From Eledone cirrhosa (lineage: Eukaryota), in contig OZ024740.1 of NCBI GenBank assembly GCA_964016885.1, positions 390,724,001 through 390,788,000 of the forward strand: a stretch of DNA of 64,000 nt, in the 5' to 3' direction. Below, piece by piece: positions 1 through 11,286 of the stretch. The notes beneath the pieces are model-generated. The model saw nothing but the letters and a program-made list of their open reading frames with translations, had not been told where the DNA came from and searched no databases. Every line of letters begins with the position of its first letter. Positions within the stretch are counted from its first letter, which is position 1. Both the position numbers and the translations under genes were made by a program.

Positions 1-900
1 TAGAGATCGGGATTCGCAATTTCTACGATTTCAATATTGACACAACAGTCCGTCAGGTTTTTCGGCACATGTTGCTCCGATAGGAATATCAACGTGATTT
101 TCACTTATTTCGTAAGTGTTCAGTCTTCCGTATGCTTTTATTTTTTATTGATACAACACCGACTACAATCATCTAACTTCACTTTGTAGGCTAGATGCGA
201 ATCACAAGGAAAACAATCCTCTGATATACAACCCCACCAAATTCGTTGGTCTACCTAGATTTCAATGGTTATATCCTTTGCTTTTGTACGGTTGTACATT
301 TGACAATGTCGCAAAACATTATTCCACTTGATACTTACCTTTCAGCTATGAATTGGGCAGTGCCTTAAAATCGCGGCTTATTTGCGTGTAATTTGGGGAT
401 ATCTTATGAATGGAGAATCGAAAACCCTTTTGCTCATAACCTGATACATGCGTTACACATGCTCCATGGATGTTTGTGGACTATTTTTTCAAAATGCCAA
501 TATCACAGATTGGAGCACAAAAAAAAACGTTTATTTCGGTTAAAGCATCCTGCTGGAATTTAGTGTAGACCCGTTTAAATCCAGCGCCTTATAACCGGGT
601 ACACCAGCTAGAAAGACAAATGGAAACATTGTTTCCTCGGTCCGATTTGACGAAAGTTGATTTAGTTCCACAACAAATTAACAAACCATACTTGAAGACA
701 CGTTGAGGCTGTTGCAAAGGGCAATAACCCTAGACACAATTTTGATCAACTTTTTTTCACCTATAGCAAATTTACCGGGACAGGCTTTTAGCTACTCAAA
801 TCTACTTCAGAGGTCACGCATTCATGTAAATAATGATTAAAATTGAAGCGGGAGTTCGACTTTGCGCAGAAAACAAGGCAAAGTTGCACATGGAAAACTT
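1..900 (+). mobile_element. Highly decayed hAT-like DNA transposase remnant
   Basis: Frame-broken fragments in hAT order: IDxTxD-like (~148), LIHxxxxH...KKxF.KA (~441-550), IT.GT (~591), RQS..MEN (~877-898). Read by eye only. Confidence 0.35.
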
Positions 901-1150
901 TTTACTTATATCTAGTTGGTTGAATGACCGAGTCAAGGCTCTCCGGTTGTATCTTACTAGCTGTCCGTTGCTAAATGTTAGGGCTAAACATTAGTTCTTT
1001 TGAAATCTGGATCATGAGGATTTTTTATTATGGCTAGAGTTTATTCTTTGCTTACATTTGCTGTTTAGTTATATACAAAATTGGATATATATTTGAAGGA
1101 CAAAATACAGAAAATCGAAACCCAAACTAACTTCATGGTTCGAAATAGAT

Positions 1151-1308
1151 AATTGTTTCTACTTTAGGCACAAGGCCAGCAATTATCCAGTGCATTACTG
1201 ATCCTTTATTTTATCGACCCCGTAAGGATGAAAGGCAAAGTCAACCTCGGCGGGATTTGAACTCAGATCGTAAAGGGACGTAACTATGCTGGAAAGCATG
1301 GCGTCCGA
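1151..1308 (-). mobile_element. tRNA-derived SINE (family S)
   Basis: Core ttttatcgaccccgtaaggatgaaaggcaaagtcaacctcggcgggatttgaactcaga recurs many times in the window; B-box-like gagttcaaatccc on the minus strand. Confidence 0.85.
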
Positions 1309-2029
1309 ATAAGACATCAATATATTTTATTCTTAGCAGATTTGATGACTATTCACTATAGCTAGGTGAACTGATTTTTTCTGAAACTCCAATATAGTGT
1401 AGAAGACGTTTCAAAATTGGCCTAACATCGGGCACCAGGACAAATTTGGTTTTAATACAGTGGAGAGTACCTTTTCGAGAACAAGTGAGTCAAATCCGGA
1501 ATTGCAAATTTCTCGGGGTAGGAACGTACGTATGTTTAATATGAGCGTGACTCAATTTATAAGCTAATCTGTGTGTAAGTGTGACATGCGTGTGACTTGA
1601 GTTGTAAGCTAATTATCTAAAAAATTATTTACCCCTTTACAGTAGTTCGTTACAATTGGAGATCGTAAAATGTTTACCCTTGAGGAGCCAAGGGAGGTAA
1701 TTTCTGCTAGGATACATTTATAAATGTCTGAGTGATCATTCATTTATAAATGTCTGTGGCCAGTTATTTTTAAAACATTTAAGTCTTTTCTAAAATCTTC
1801 CCAATAATTAAAATCTGAGCATGCCATAAAAAAGTTTAATTCTGAATTGTATGTGTGTTAGCTTACGTGCAATATATTATAGTGTATGTATGTGAATGTG
1901 ATATGTTTAATTGTTTGTGTGTAAATAGGTGACAGAGAGGAGTAGGTTCTTGGAGGATTTAGTAGGTCTGGTGAGGAGATCTCATGTGGTGTGGGTTTCC
2001 AGTTGAACAGGAAATAACCCCCCTGATGC

Positions 2030-2850
2030 AAACAACGTCTAAAATATTCAACTTTGGAGCTTAGATATTTGCTCTGTCAGTATAACCCTTGCAAGACCCT
2101 ATTGCTTTTATTGAAACACAGCAGGCATTTTTTCGTACCATTTATGTATAGTGTGGACTTTTCGAGTAGTTTTCATGTTATATTATGCGGTATTCCTTTT
2201 TCTTTTAGCTGCCAGACCTTTTTGCCAGCGCTGTGCTAGTTTTCATGTCGGGATTCCCGAATGAGGAGAGGTGCAAACAGAACCTTTGAATAAATCGGTC
2301 CGGGATTATACCTACATATTTTTCACGGGTTTCTGGCTGGTTGTGCTTCTGTATGTGATTTCTTCCTTTACATTACAGTTTTATTGTAATGGACAGTCCT
2401 CTTTTTTCCTGCAAGAGCATCTCGGATTCTCATCTGGTTTGTTTTTTGCGATTCTCATCTGGTTTGTTTTTTGCGGTCATCTTGCATCTTATGGGTGGTG
2501 GACAAGAATAAGATATCCTCACCGAACGTCTGTTGAAGATTTTTGTGTACCTATGTTGTGGGGTAAAGTGCTTATCAATTAGGTCTAAGAATTTCTTAGC
2601 TACATTAGTCTTTACATTAAATGAGAATTGACGCACGAACTAAATTATTTTAATTTTTCTATTTTTATTCCTAGGTGGGGGTCTATTAGGCATGTATTTG
2701 ATCTCTTCTCTGAATCTGCTATCACGAGGAACTTTGTTGTAGTACGGCGCTGCCTTCTCAAATATTTCTCTACTAGATGATAACTTCGAGATTCTACATT
2801 TGATGTGGGGCACCAGATTTGATAAGCTCTTTACCCCACAACATATGCAT
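2030..2850 (-). mobile_element. Penelope-like element remnant (RT C-terminus + GIY-YIG)
   Basis: ORFs 2640-2882 and 2430-2636 read RISKLSSSREIFEKAAPYY and NVKTNVAKKFLDLIDKHF...KIFNRRSVRISYSC; downstream CRKKEDCPL and KYVG; stops and frameshifts present. Confidence 0.8.
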
Positions 2851-2907
2851 GTCATAATGTATTTATATACACACACATACACACATACATATCTTTATAT
2901 GTGTGTG

Positions 2908-2910
<3 letters not shown>

Positions 2911-2977
<67 letters not shown>

Positions 2978-2990
2978 GAGAGAGAGAGAG
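2911..2990. repeat. (AG)n microsatellite
   Basis: Direct read. Confidence 0.95.
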
Positions 2991-3594
2991 AAAGCTAGTT
3001 GAAGCAACTAGATTCAGTGCCAATACATTATTAATTTAAGAAGAAATCGAATTCCCTAAGCAAAAGAAAAAATGTCTAAAAACCAAAAAGAAAAAAAAAG
3101 AAAAGAAGAATGAGTAAAAATAAAATAAGCTGATCAAATAGGAAGGTAAATATAATATATAATAAGATGAAAGAAAATGAATTCTAAAAATACGCTAACC
3201 GAATCTGAAAGTTTCTTTGCAAAACAAAACTTATTTAAACTCCGCATGCAATCTGTAGATCAATAATGATTTATTTTGGGGCTGACTGCGTGTATGTTTT
3301 AAACCACTTTTATCTCTCTCAAGATGTCTTTGAAAGCATTACCACTATTGATTTTACTCATGATACTACAAAATACCGTTGAGTTCTTTTAATTCAGAAG
3401 GTTTTAGTGTATCTCGAACCAATATCATTAATTAATGGGTATTTTCTTTCTAATGGAATTATCTATATATGTAAATTCATATACAAATAATCATATATGT
3501 GTTATAGGTATGCACATGCATGCATGCTACGAGTTGAGTATTTGTTTGTAGAAATAGTGTTAAGTAAGACATATTATTGTAATTACTGCTATTA

Positions 3595-3700
3595 GGGCGG
3601 GTGATTGGTCAAATAATTAGAGCGTCGAACAAAATGCTTTGCCTTATTTCTTTCGATTCTTTGTTCTGAATTCAAATCTCATTGATATTGACTTTACCTT

Positions 3701-3702
<2 letters not shown>
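3595..3702 (+). mobile_element. Diverged SINE 5' half
   Basis: ggcgggtgattgg...ttctgaattcaaatc...ttgactttacctttcat resembles family S; runs directly into (ATT)n. Confidence 0.6.
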
Positions 3703-3753
<51 letters not shown>

Positions 3754-4579
3754 TTTTGAGTCTCAGTCATTGATGTTAGTTAACTGGAAAGTTTGTTGAA
3801 ATGAATATCAAGCCACTACCTGCAGCCTCAGATATTCAGGATGTATCGGAGGGTTCTTGCTGTTCCCAGCAAGCATGCCTTTTGGAGCGTTCCAAAAAGC
3901 GTGAAGGGGCCAATTTTCTTTAACCATCCCTGGAAACTTTTTGAGATAGTCCCTAGTGCGCCTATGACAATAGGGATCACTTTGACTTCATGGCAGTTCC
4001 AAATCCTTTTTACCTCCCACTTTAAGTCCTGGTATCGGTTAATTTTCTCCCTCTCCTTCTCTTGCACTCTCGTGTCGAATGGGCAGGCCACATCCACAAT
4101 CAGGCACGATCTTTTTTCTTTGTCCAAAACCACCAGGTCAGGTCTATTGTGTTCCAGTTTATTGTCCGTCTGTATCCTAAAATCCCACAGCACCTTCACC
4201 TGATCGTTTTCTATCACCGCCTCTGGCTTATGCTCATACCACTTCTCAGAATGTAGTAAATTGTTTACTTTGCATAGGTGCCAGTGGATCACCCTGCCCA
4301 TCACATCATGTCTCCAGCCCTTATAGTGAGTCTGGGCTAGGGTGTTTACACTCGGATACAATGTGAGCCACAGTCTCCTCTCTCTCTCCACAGATCCTGC
4401 ACAGTGGGCTAGCCTCCTCCTTGTAAATGTGGTGTTTCAACCACTTCGTTTTAAGGGCCTGCTCCTGCGCAGCCATTAACATTCCTTCTGTAGCCTGTTT
4501 AAGGTCTCCTCTTTTCAACCAGTTCCATGTCTGTGGATCTCTAAATTCAGTTTTCTCAAAAAAGGTACTATGAAGGGAT
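3754..4579 (-). mobile_element. R4/Dong-like REL non-LTR retrotransposon, family A, 5'-truncated copy 1
   Basis: CRICGEREETVAHIVSEC knuckle and RPDLVVLD...IVDVACP PD-(D/E)xK nuclease; 1-bp frameshift near 4340; 3' end abuts (TAA)n. Confidence 0.9.
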
Positions 4580-4583
4580 GAGT

Positions 4584-4620
<37 letters not shown>

Positions 4621-4632
4621 GTTATTGTTATT

Positions 4633-5862
4633 CCTTGAATCTCAGTCATTGATGTTGGTTAACTGGAAAGTCCGTTGGATTGAATATCAAGCCACTACCT
4701 GCAGCCTCAGATATTCAGGACGTATCGGAGGGTTCTTGCCGTTCCAAGCAAGCATGCCTTTTGAAGCGTTCCAAAAAGCGTGAAGGGGCCGATTTTCTTT
4801 AACCATCCCTGGAAACCTTTGGAGATAGTCCCCAGTGCGCCTATGACAATCGGGATCACTTTGACTTCATGGCAGTTCCAAATCCTTTTCACCTCCCACT
4901 TTAGGTCCTGGTATCGGTTAATTTTCTCCCTCTCCTTCTCTTGCACTCTCGTGTCGAACGGGCAGGCCACATCCACAATCAGGCACAATCTTTTTTCTTT
5001 GTCCACAACCACCAGGTCAGGTCTATTGTGTTCCAGTTTTTTGTCCGTCTGTATCCTAAAATCCCACAGCACCTTCACCTGACTGTTCTCCATCACCGCC
5101 TCTGGCCTATGCTCATACCATTTCTCAGAATGTGGTAGATTGTTTACTTTGCACAGGTGCCAGTGGATCACCCTTCCCATCACATCGTGTCTCCAGCCCT
5201 TATAGTGGGTCTGGGCTAGGTGTTTACACTCGGACACAATGTGAGCCACAGTCTCCTCTCTCTCTCCACAGATCCTGCACAGTGGGCTAGCCTCCTCCTT
5301 GTAGATATGGTGCTTCAACCACTTCGTTTTGAGGGCCTGCTCCTGCGCAGCCATTAGCATTCCTTCTGTAGCCTTTTTGAGGTCTCCTCTTCTCAACCAG
5401 TTCCATGTCTGTGGATCTCTAAATTCAGTTTTCTCAAAGAAGGTACTATGAAGGGATTTTCCCTTAAGGCTGCTCTTCCTCCTTGATGTTATTTCCTCCT
5501 TGGGTATCCCCTGGCCTACTGTCCCCTCCTTCAGTACAGCTCTGAGCATTGGCTCCTTACTATAGGTCACGTATTTGTATAGGTTGTTGTTTTTCTCCAT
5601 CTGAACACAGTCCTCTATGCTGATAAGACCTCTTCCACCCTCAGATCTCCTTAGGTAGAGTCTATCGACATCACTCCTCTTGTGGAACATGTTGTAGATA
5701 GTCAATAGCTTCCTAGTCTTCCTATCCAATTCTTTTTGTTCAGCAACATTCCATCTCAGAATTCCCGCACTGTACCTAATAATAGACACAGCTCGGGAAT
5801 TTACTGCGCTTATGGCATTTCTGCTGTTCAGATGTGACTTCAATACGCTCCTTACTCTCCGA
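4633..5862 (-). mobile_element. R4/Dong-like family A, 5'-truncated copy 2
   Basis: ORF 4707-5843 (378 aa) covers RT thumb, CCHC knuckle and REL; near-identical to 15020-16246; (TAA)n on both sides. Confidence 0.92.
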
Positions 5863-5933
<71 letters not shown>

Positions 5934-5934
<1 letters not shown>

Positions 5935-8918
5935 AGTTGCATTTATCTTGCTTTATGTTCATACGAGTTATCACCAAGTCACAACCAGTGACCTCAAGAG
6001 ACAACAAGGTCCGCCATGTTCAAGAAAGAACATACATACTCACACATGCATCTTTAGTGTTTAGACTTGTGATGTACTTATATTGACAGAATCTTCCTTA
6101 GTATATGGGCAGTTCCCATTAGTACTATCTTTTGTATTTCTCCTATACGCGGGTTTCCTGGGATTTGCGATAAGTAATCATTAGACCCCTTAGGTATCAT
6201 TCCCAGAGCGCCTACAACCACTGGTATTGTTTTAGTTCTCAATTTCCACATTTTTCCAATTTCTATCTCCAGGTCCTTATACTTGCTCAATTTTTCAAAT
6301 GTTTTTATAGATACATTCTTGTCTATTGGAACAGACATATCAATTAGCAGGCATACCCTCTTTTTAAAGTCCTTCAATATTATATCAGGTCTATTTGCAT
6401 CTATTTTTCGGTCTGTTTAGATGCTAAAGTTCCACAAGATTGAGATGTGATCTTTTTCAAGTATGGGAGGTGGTTGATGCTCCCACCAATTCTTTTGATG
6501 AGGCAGGTCAAAATGCTTACACATTATCCAATGTATGTATTGTGCAGCTCTGTCATGCCTGTTTAGGTATTCGGTTGGAGCTATAGGACTGCACATTGAA
6601 ATTATATGGTCAATGGTCTCTGGTTGTTTTTTGCATACACGGCATAATGGGCTGCATCCATTTTTTATTATGTTGGCTTGGTAATTTTTTGTTGGCAGAC
6701 ACTGATCTTGTGCTGATATAATCAGCTCCGATTTCAGTCCAAAGGATGCCAACCACTGATGGGTTAAAGTTTTGTCAACATCAGGATTGTTAGCTCGCTC
6801 TGGGTATTTTCCATAGAGAGGCCTTTCTTGCCATTTCTTAGCCAGTTTCTGTAGCAGTTCTTTCTTTGCAGTTACTTTTACCTGCTTTGCTTTTTCTGTG
6901 TTTTCCATTTCAGCAGTAAATGGGACTTCTGAAATTTGTAGTCCATTACTGTATCTTTGTGCATCTTTTGTAATGGAATATGATCTTTTGATGCTTTCGT
7001 GTTTCAAAACGAGTTTGATCATCCAATCATGTGATTCCCTTAGATATGTAGATAATCCAATTGTTGCAGTTTTCAACGCAATGTCTAACTGGATTAAACC
7101 ACGTCCTCCTTCTTTCCTAGGGAGATATATTCTATCTATATCTGCCTTAGGGTGATGCATTCTGTGCATGGTTAAGAATTTTCGAATTTTTGTATCGAGC
7201 CTACGGATCTCTGTGCTTGACCAATTGATGACATTGTAACTGTAGGTTACTACTGGTATGGCAAGCGTGTTTATGGCATCGATCCTATTCCTTGCATTCA
7301 ATTCCGTTCTTAAGATTGCTCTTACTCTGCGGTAACATTCCTTCCTTATCCTTTCCCTCATTGTCGAGTGCTTGATTCCGTCTCCTTCACAAACACCTAG
7401 ATATTTGTAAGTTTTTTCTTGATCAAGTTCTCTTATCACGTTCCCCCGATCAAGATTAATGTCTGAACTCTTCAGCAGCTTTCCTCTGGTGAACGTTGCT
7501 TTGGCGCATTTATCTAGTCCAAACTCCATTTTAATGTCATCACTGAACTGCTCCACAGTGGATAATAGCCCTTGCAATTGTTCATCATTTTTTGCAAATA
7601 GTTTCAGGTCATCCATGTAGAACAAGCGATTAATGGTTTTGTCATAGACTTTATATCCATGTTTTGTTTCATTGAGCATTTTACTTAATGGTATAAGTGC
7701 GATGCAGAATAAAAGCGGTGATAAAGAGTCACCCTGAAAAATTCCACAATTAATATTAACTTCTCCAGCTTCCAGTGATTTTGTTTCACTATTCAAAAGG
7801 AGTGTCGTTTTCCATGTCTTCATACTGAATGACAAAAACCTCCTGACAACGGGGGATATTTTGAAAATCTCTAAACATTTTTCAATCCAACTGTGTGGCA
7901 AACTGTCGAATGCTTTTTTATAATCTATCCAAGCAATCGATAGATTTTTGTGTCTATTATGACAATCTTCCAGTATCATTTTGTTAACCAAAAGCTGATC
8001 CTTACAGCCATATGAGCCTCGTTTACACCCTTTCTGCTCAATGGGAAATAGGTCATTTGTTATCAGGTGGTCATATGTGTATTCAGTTAGGACTGATGTT
8101 AAAATTTTATACATTGTGGTCAAGCAAGTTATCGGTCTGTAATTTTTGGGATTGTTTGTCTCATCATTCTTCGGAAGCAGGAATGTAATGCCGTTAACTA
8201 GCCATGATGGTATCTTTTCTGGCTCCTTAACTATTTCATTGTAAAGTTGGGCTAACAGCTCATGAGACTCTGTGAAGGCATTTATCCAAAAGTTTTGTAT
8301 TTTGTCTTTTCCTGGGGATTTCCATTTGCTGGTTTTTCTTAGAGCCAAGCGCAACTGTTCAACTGTTATATTTTCCCATATTTGTTCCTCAAGGTAAGCT
8401 GTATCTTTCATTTGTCTGTCTATCCATGGGGCATGTATGTTATGAACTTTTTCTTCGGCCCAGATCTTTTCCCAGAATTCTTGCACTTCCTCCTTGGGTG
8501 GTATTGATTTAGCAGTTATTGTTGACTTACCAATTTTTCTGTAGAAGTTTCTTTGGTTGTTTTTGAACATATTATTGTCCTTATAGAATCTAGATCGTTT
8601 TTCAAAGCGCCTTATACGAGCAGCTTTGGCCGACACTTTTTGCTTGATTATTTCTATCAGCATGTCTATGTCACTTGTTGATTTTATACTGTACTTTCTT
8701 TTCAATTTTCTAAGTTTAGTTTGTTTAACATGTTCACCTACTTTATAGTTTGTTAAAATTTCTATGTCAGATCGGAGAAGGTTTATTTGGCGATTGATGT
8801 TCTCTTGCCAAGTAGATTTCTTGTGGGAATTCCTTTGTTTTTTCATCTTCACTCCACATAAGTGAGTGGTGACTTTAGCCGATGCATAATAGAGATGATT
8901 TAAATCAGTAATGTTTAG
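5934..8918 (-). mobile_element. R4/Dong-like family B, 5'-truncated
   Basis: ORF 6417-8852 (NYRPITCL, DYKKAFDS, GIFQGDSLSP, YMDD, CRVC..H..C) continues in frame past one TAA stop into RPD...IDMSVP REL (6078-6377); (TAA)n flanks. Confidence 0.92.
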
Positions 8919-9157
8919 TTATTATTATTATTATTATTATTATTGAATGCCATGGTTGACGGAGGCTCGGCTCTGTAAGGTATAGTAATTTTTAACCGTT
9001 AAAACAATTGTAAATTGTTTAAAACTTGAACCAAATTGTTGATAAAGACACCCTCCTCCTCGTGAGAGGGGTCTTTCTGTCCGTTATTTGGCCCTTCGGG
9101 GTTAAATAGCCAGTTATTGGGGTTTTGTACCCAAAATTTCATTTTAAACAAAAAAAC

Positions 9158-11251
9158 ATGGCTACCAAAAAAAAAAAATTTCATACGTCACTCCCACTCA
9201 TTCCGTCTTCTTCTTCCTCAATCATCACTACAGGAGAGAGAAGATTGTCTCTCTCCCTCCCTTCTTTAAATGTGTCTCTCTCCCTACCTTCTCTTTCGCA
9301 AGCGACGAAAGAAAAGAAAAGTCTCGTGCAAAGCGTGCAAGGTTTCTCCACGACGACGACGACAGCGACGAAACAGGTGTGCGGGAAATACGAAAACCCA
9401 GTTCATTCGTCTGACGTCAGGAATAATAGCAGTAGCAGCCGTAATAACAACAGCAACAGTGACAATGAAAACAACAGTAGCAGCCGCAACAGCATCACCA
9501 GCAGCATAAACAACAACAGCATTAGCAGCAGCAACACCAACAACAACCACAGCAACAGCGGCGGAGGCAGTAGTCGTAGTACCTGCAGCAACAACAAAAG
9601 TACCAGCAGCTCTGACGACAACAACAACAGCAGAGAAAAACCAATCTCATTTGCAGGTATTGCGAAAAACCTGGAAACAATCCTCATAACAAATGAGGAA
9701 TTAGAGGAAGCGAAGAAGATGGTGACAAAGAACGGACACCGAGCAATCTGCAAGGCAGCGAAAAATTTTTTCGAAACCCAAGAGCACTGTACGGTCACGT
9801 ACCGTACAGTAAGTACAAAATCCCGTAGGGTGGAAAGAGCCACAGAGGCCCAAATACAAAAAGCCTTGGGGTCTGTGTGGCAGAGGAAAACGCACATCAC
9901 CCGAGGCAAAAAATACGCCACCGTAGACGTACTTTTTGCCACACCCCAGGAGGCAAAGGCCCAATCAGTAGTGACCCTAAGGAGCGAGGAAATGGTGTTG
10001 GTGCCCTCCTACTGCGGGCAAAAAATTGTGAGGGTCAAACTGACCCACGTCCCCCCCGGAATGACCCCTTCTTGGCTGGCCGCGTCTGTCCTCGTCGGAA
10101 TCGAGGACAAAACAACTGTACTGCAAGTACAGAAAAAAGTAAGAGAAGATTGGGTCGGCTCCTCCATTGAGATGCTAATCCAAACCAACCAGGAGTGCAT
10201 CGAAGCTATCCCGGATGTGATAGACTTCGATAACGGCACTCAACTGCCCATAAGTGTTGAGGGCAAACGCCCGAAATGCTTTCGCTGTGGATCGAAGACT
10301 CACCTCAGGGCCTTCTGCAACGAGAAGACCCTGAGAAAGGAGAAAACCCCCCTCCTCCCGAATCCGGTTCCACGGCTACCAGCAACAGGACAAGCGGCAA
10401 CCAGGAACGATAGGTCCGTGGCACCCATACCCACTCCACGGAAATCAAAGACAGCAGCAGCAGTGGAAATATTAACAACAACAACAGCAATACCAAATGC
10501 AGCTGCAACAGAGACTCCAGTGCAAACATCACCAACAACAACAAGTGAAAGAGTGGAGCTGGTACCCCTCCCCGACCTTACAGAATCAGACATGGAGTGT
10601 GAGGTGGGAGAGGGATGGCAAAAGGTCTCAAGAAGGCACAAACGCAGAAGCAGCGCATCGTCGCCTTTGAAAAGGGAGGAAAGAAATGAGAAAAGGGTAA
10701 AGTCTACTGCAAAGAGACCCACAGCAGCAACACCACCAACACCATCACCACCCACACCAGCACCACCATCACCACCGGCGACAACCCCACCGCCAACAAC
10801 ACCTTCAACACCACAAGCACCAACATCGCAAACACAACAACAAAACACACACACCCAGCAACAACGACAAGAAAATAGCAGAACCACACCCCACCCCCAG
10901 AAAAACAAATGCACGGCAATAAACACACACAACAAGAAACTAATGACTTACATAATTGAACACACAGACATTTCACAACAGGACTACATAATACCAGCAC
11001 CAATCAAAACGCCAACTAACATAAGACTGCTAAAAATAGCACAGAAACAATACACAAACATTAAAACGAAATTCCCCAACGCAGTTGGTGATTTCAGGGA
11101 CCTAGGAGGAACCATTAATCGAAGAGTATATTCAGACATTCTCTTAGAAGAGCCGACGACCAGCCGAAGGGACGATTCAACGGTCCCTTCACCAGACGAT
11201 CAAGTGAAAAGGGATGTAAAAACCATCCCTCCTCTACCAAAAATACGGTAA
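9158..11251 (+). CDS. Tx1-like ORF1 (CCHC zinc-knuckle nucleic-acid-binding protein)
   Basis: First ATG at 9158; CFRCGSKTHLRAFC = CX2CX4HX4C; Ser/Asn- and Pro/Thr-rich low-complexity tracts. Confidence 0.85.
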   Translation: MATKKKKFHTSLPLIPSSSSSIITTGERRLSLSLPSLNVSLSLPSLSQATKEKKSLVQSVQGFSTTTTTATKQVCGKYENPVHSSDVRNNSSSSRNNNSNSDNENNSSSRNSITSSINNNSISSSNTNNNHSNSGGGSSRSTCSNNKSTSSSDDNNNSREKPISFAGIAKNLETILITNEELEEAKKMVTKNGHRAICKAAKNFFETQEHCTVTYRTVSTKSRRVERATEAQIQKALGSVWQRKTHITRGKKYATVDVLFATPQEAKAQSVVTLRSEEMVLVPSYCGQKIVRVKLTHVPPGMTPSWLAASVLVGIEDKTTVLQVQKKVREDWVGSSIEMLIQTNQECIEAIPDVIDFDNGTQLPISVEGKRPKCFRCGSKTHLRAFCNEKTLRKEKTPLLPNPVPRLPATGQAATRNDRSVAPIPTPRKSKTAAAVEILTTTTAIPNAAATETPVQTSPTTTSERVELVPLPDLTESDMECEVGEGWQKVSRRHKRRSSASSPLKREERNEKRVKSTAKRPTAATPPTPSPPTPAPPSPPATTPPPTTPSTPQAPTSQTQQQNTHTQQQRQENSRTTPHPQKNKCTAINTHNKKLMTYIIEHTDISQQDYIIPAPIKTPTNIRLLKIAQKQYTNIKTKFPNAVGDFRDLGGTINRRVYSDILLEEPTTSRRDDSTVPSPDDQVKRDVKTIPPLPKIR

Positions 11252-11286
11252 GTGGTCTTTCCCATCTTTTCCACTCTATTTTAAAC

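Noticed and set aside
1240-1308. tRNA genes at B-box-like motifs
   Set aside because: No cloverleaf; all are SINE heads followed by a shared body.
9046-9120. Canonical HDV-like ribozyme at TCCTCGT
   Set aside because: P3 and P1.1 cannot be formed; the segment folds better as a simple hairpin.
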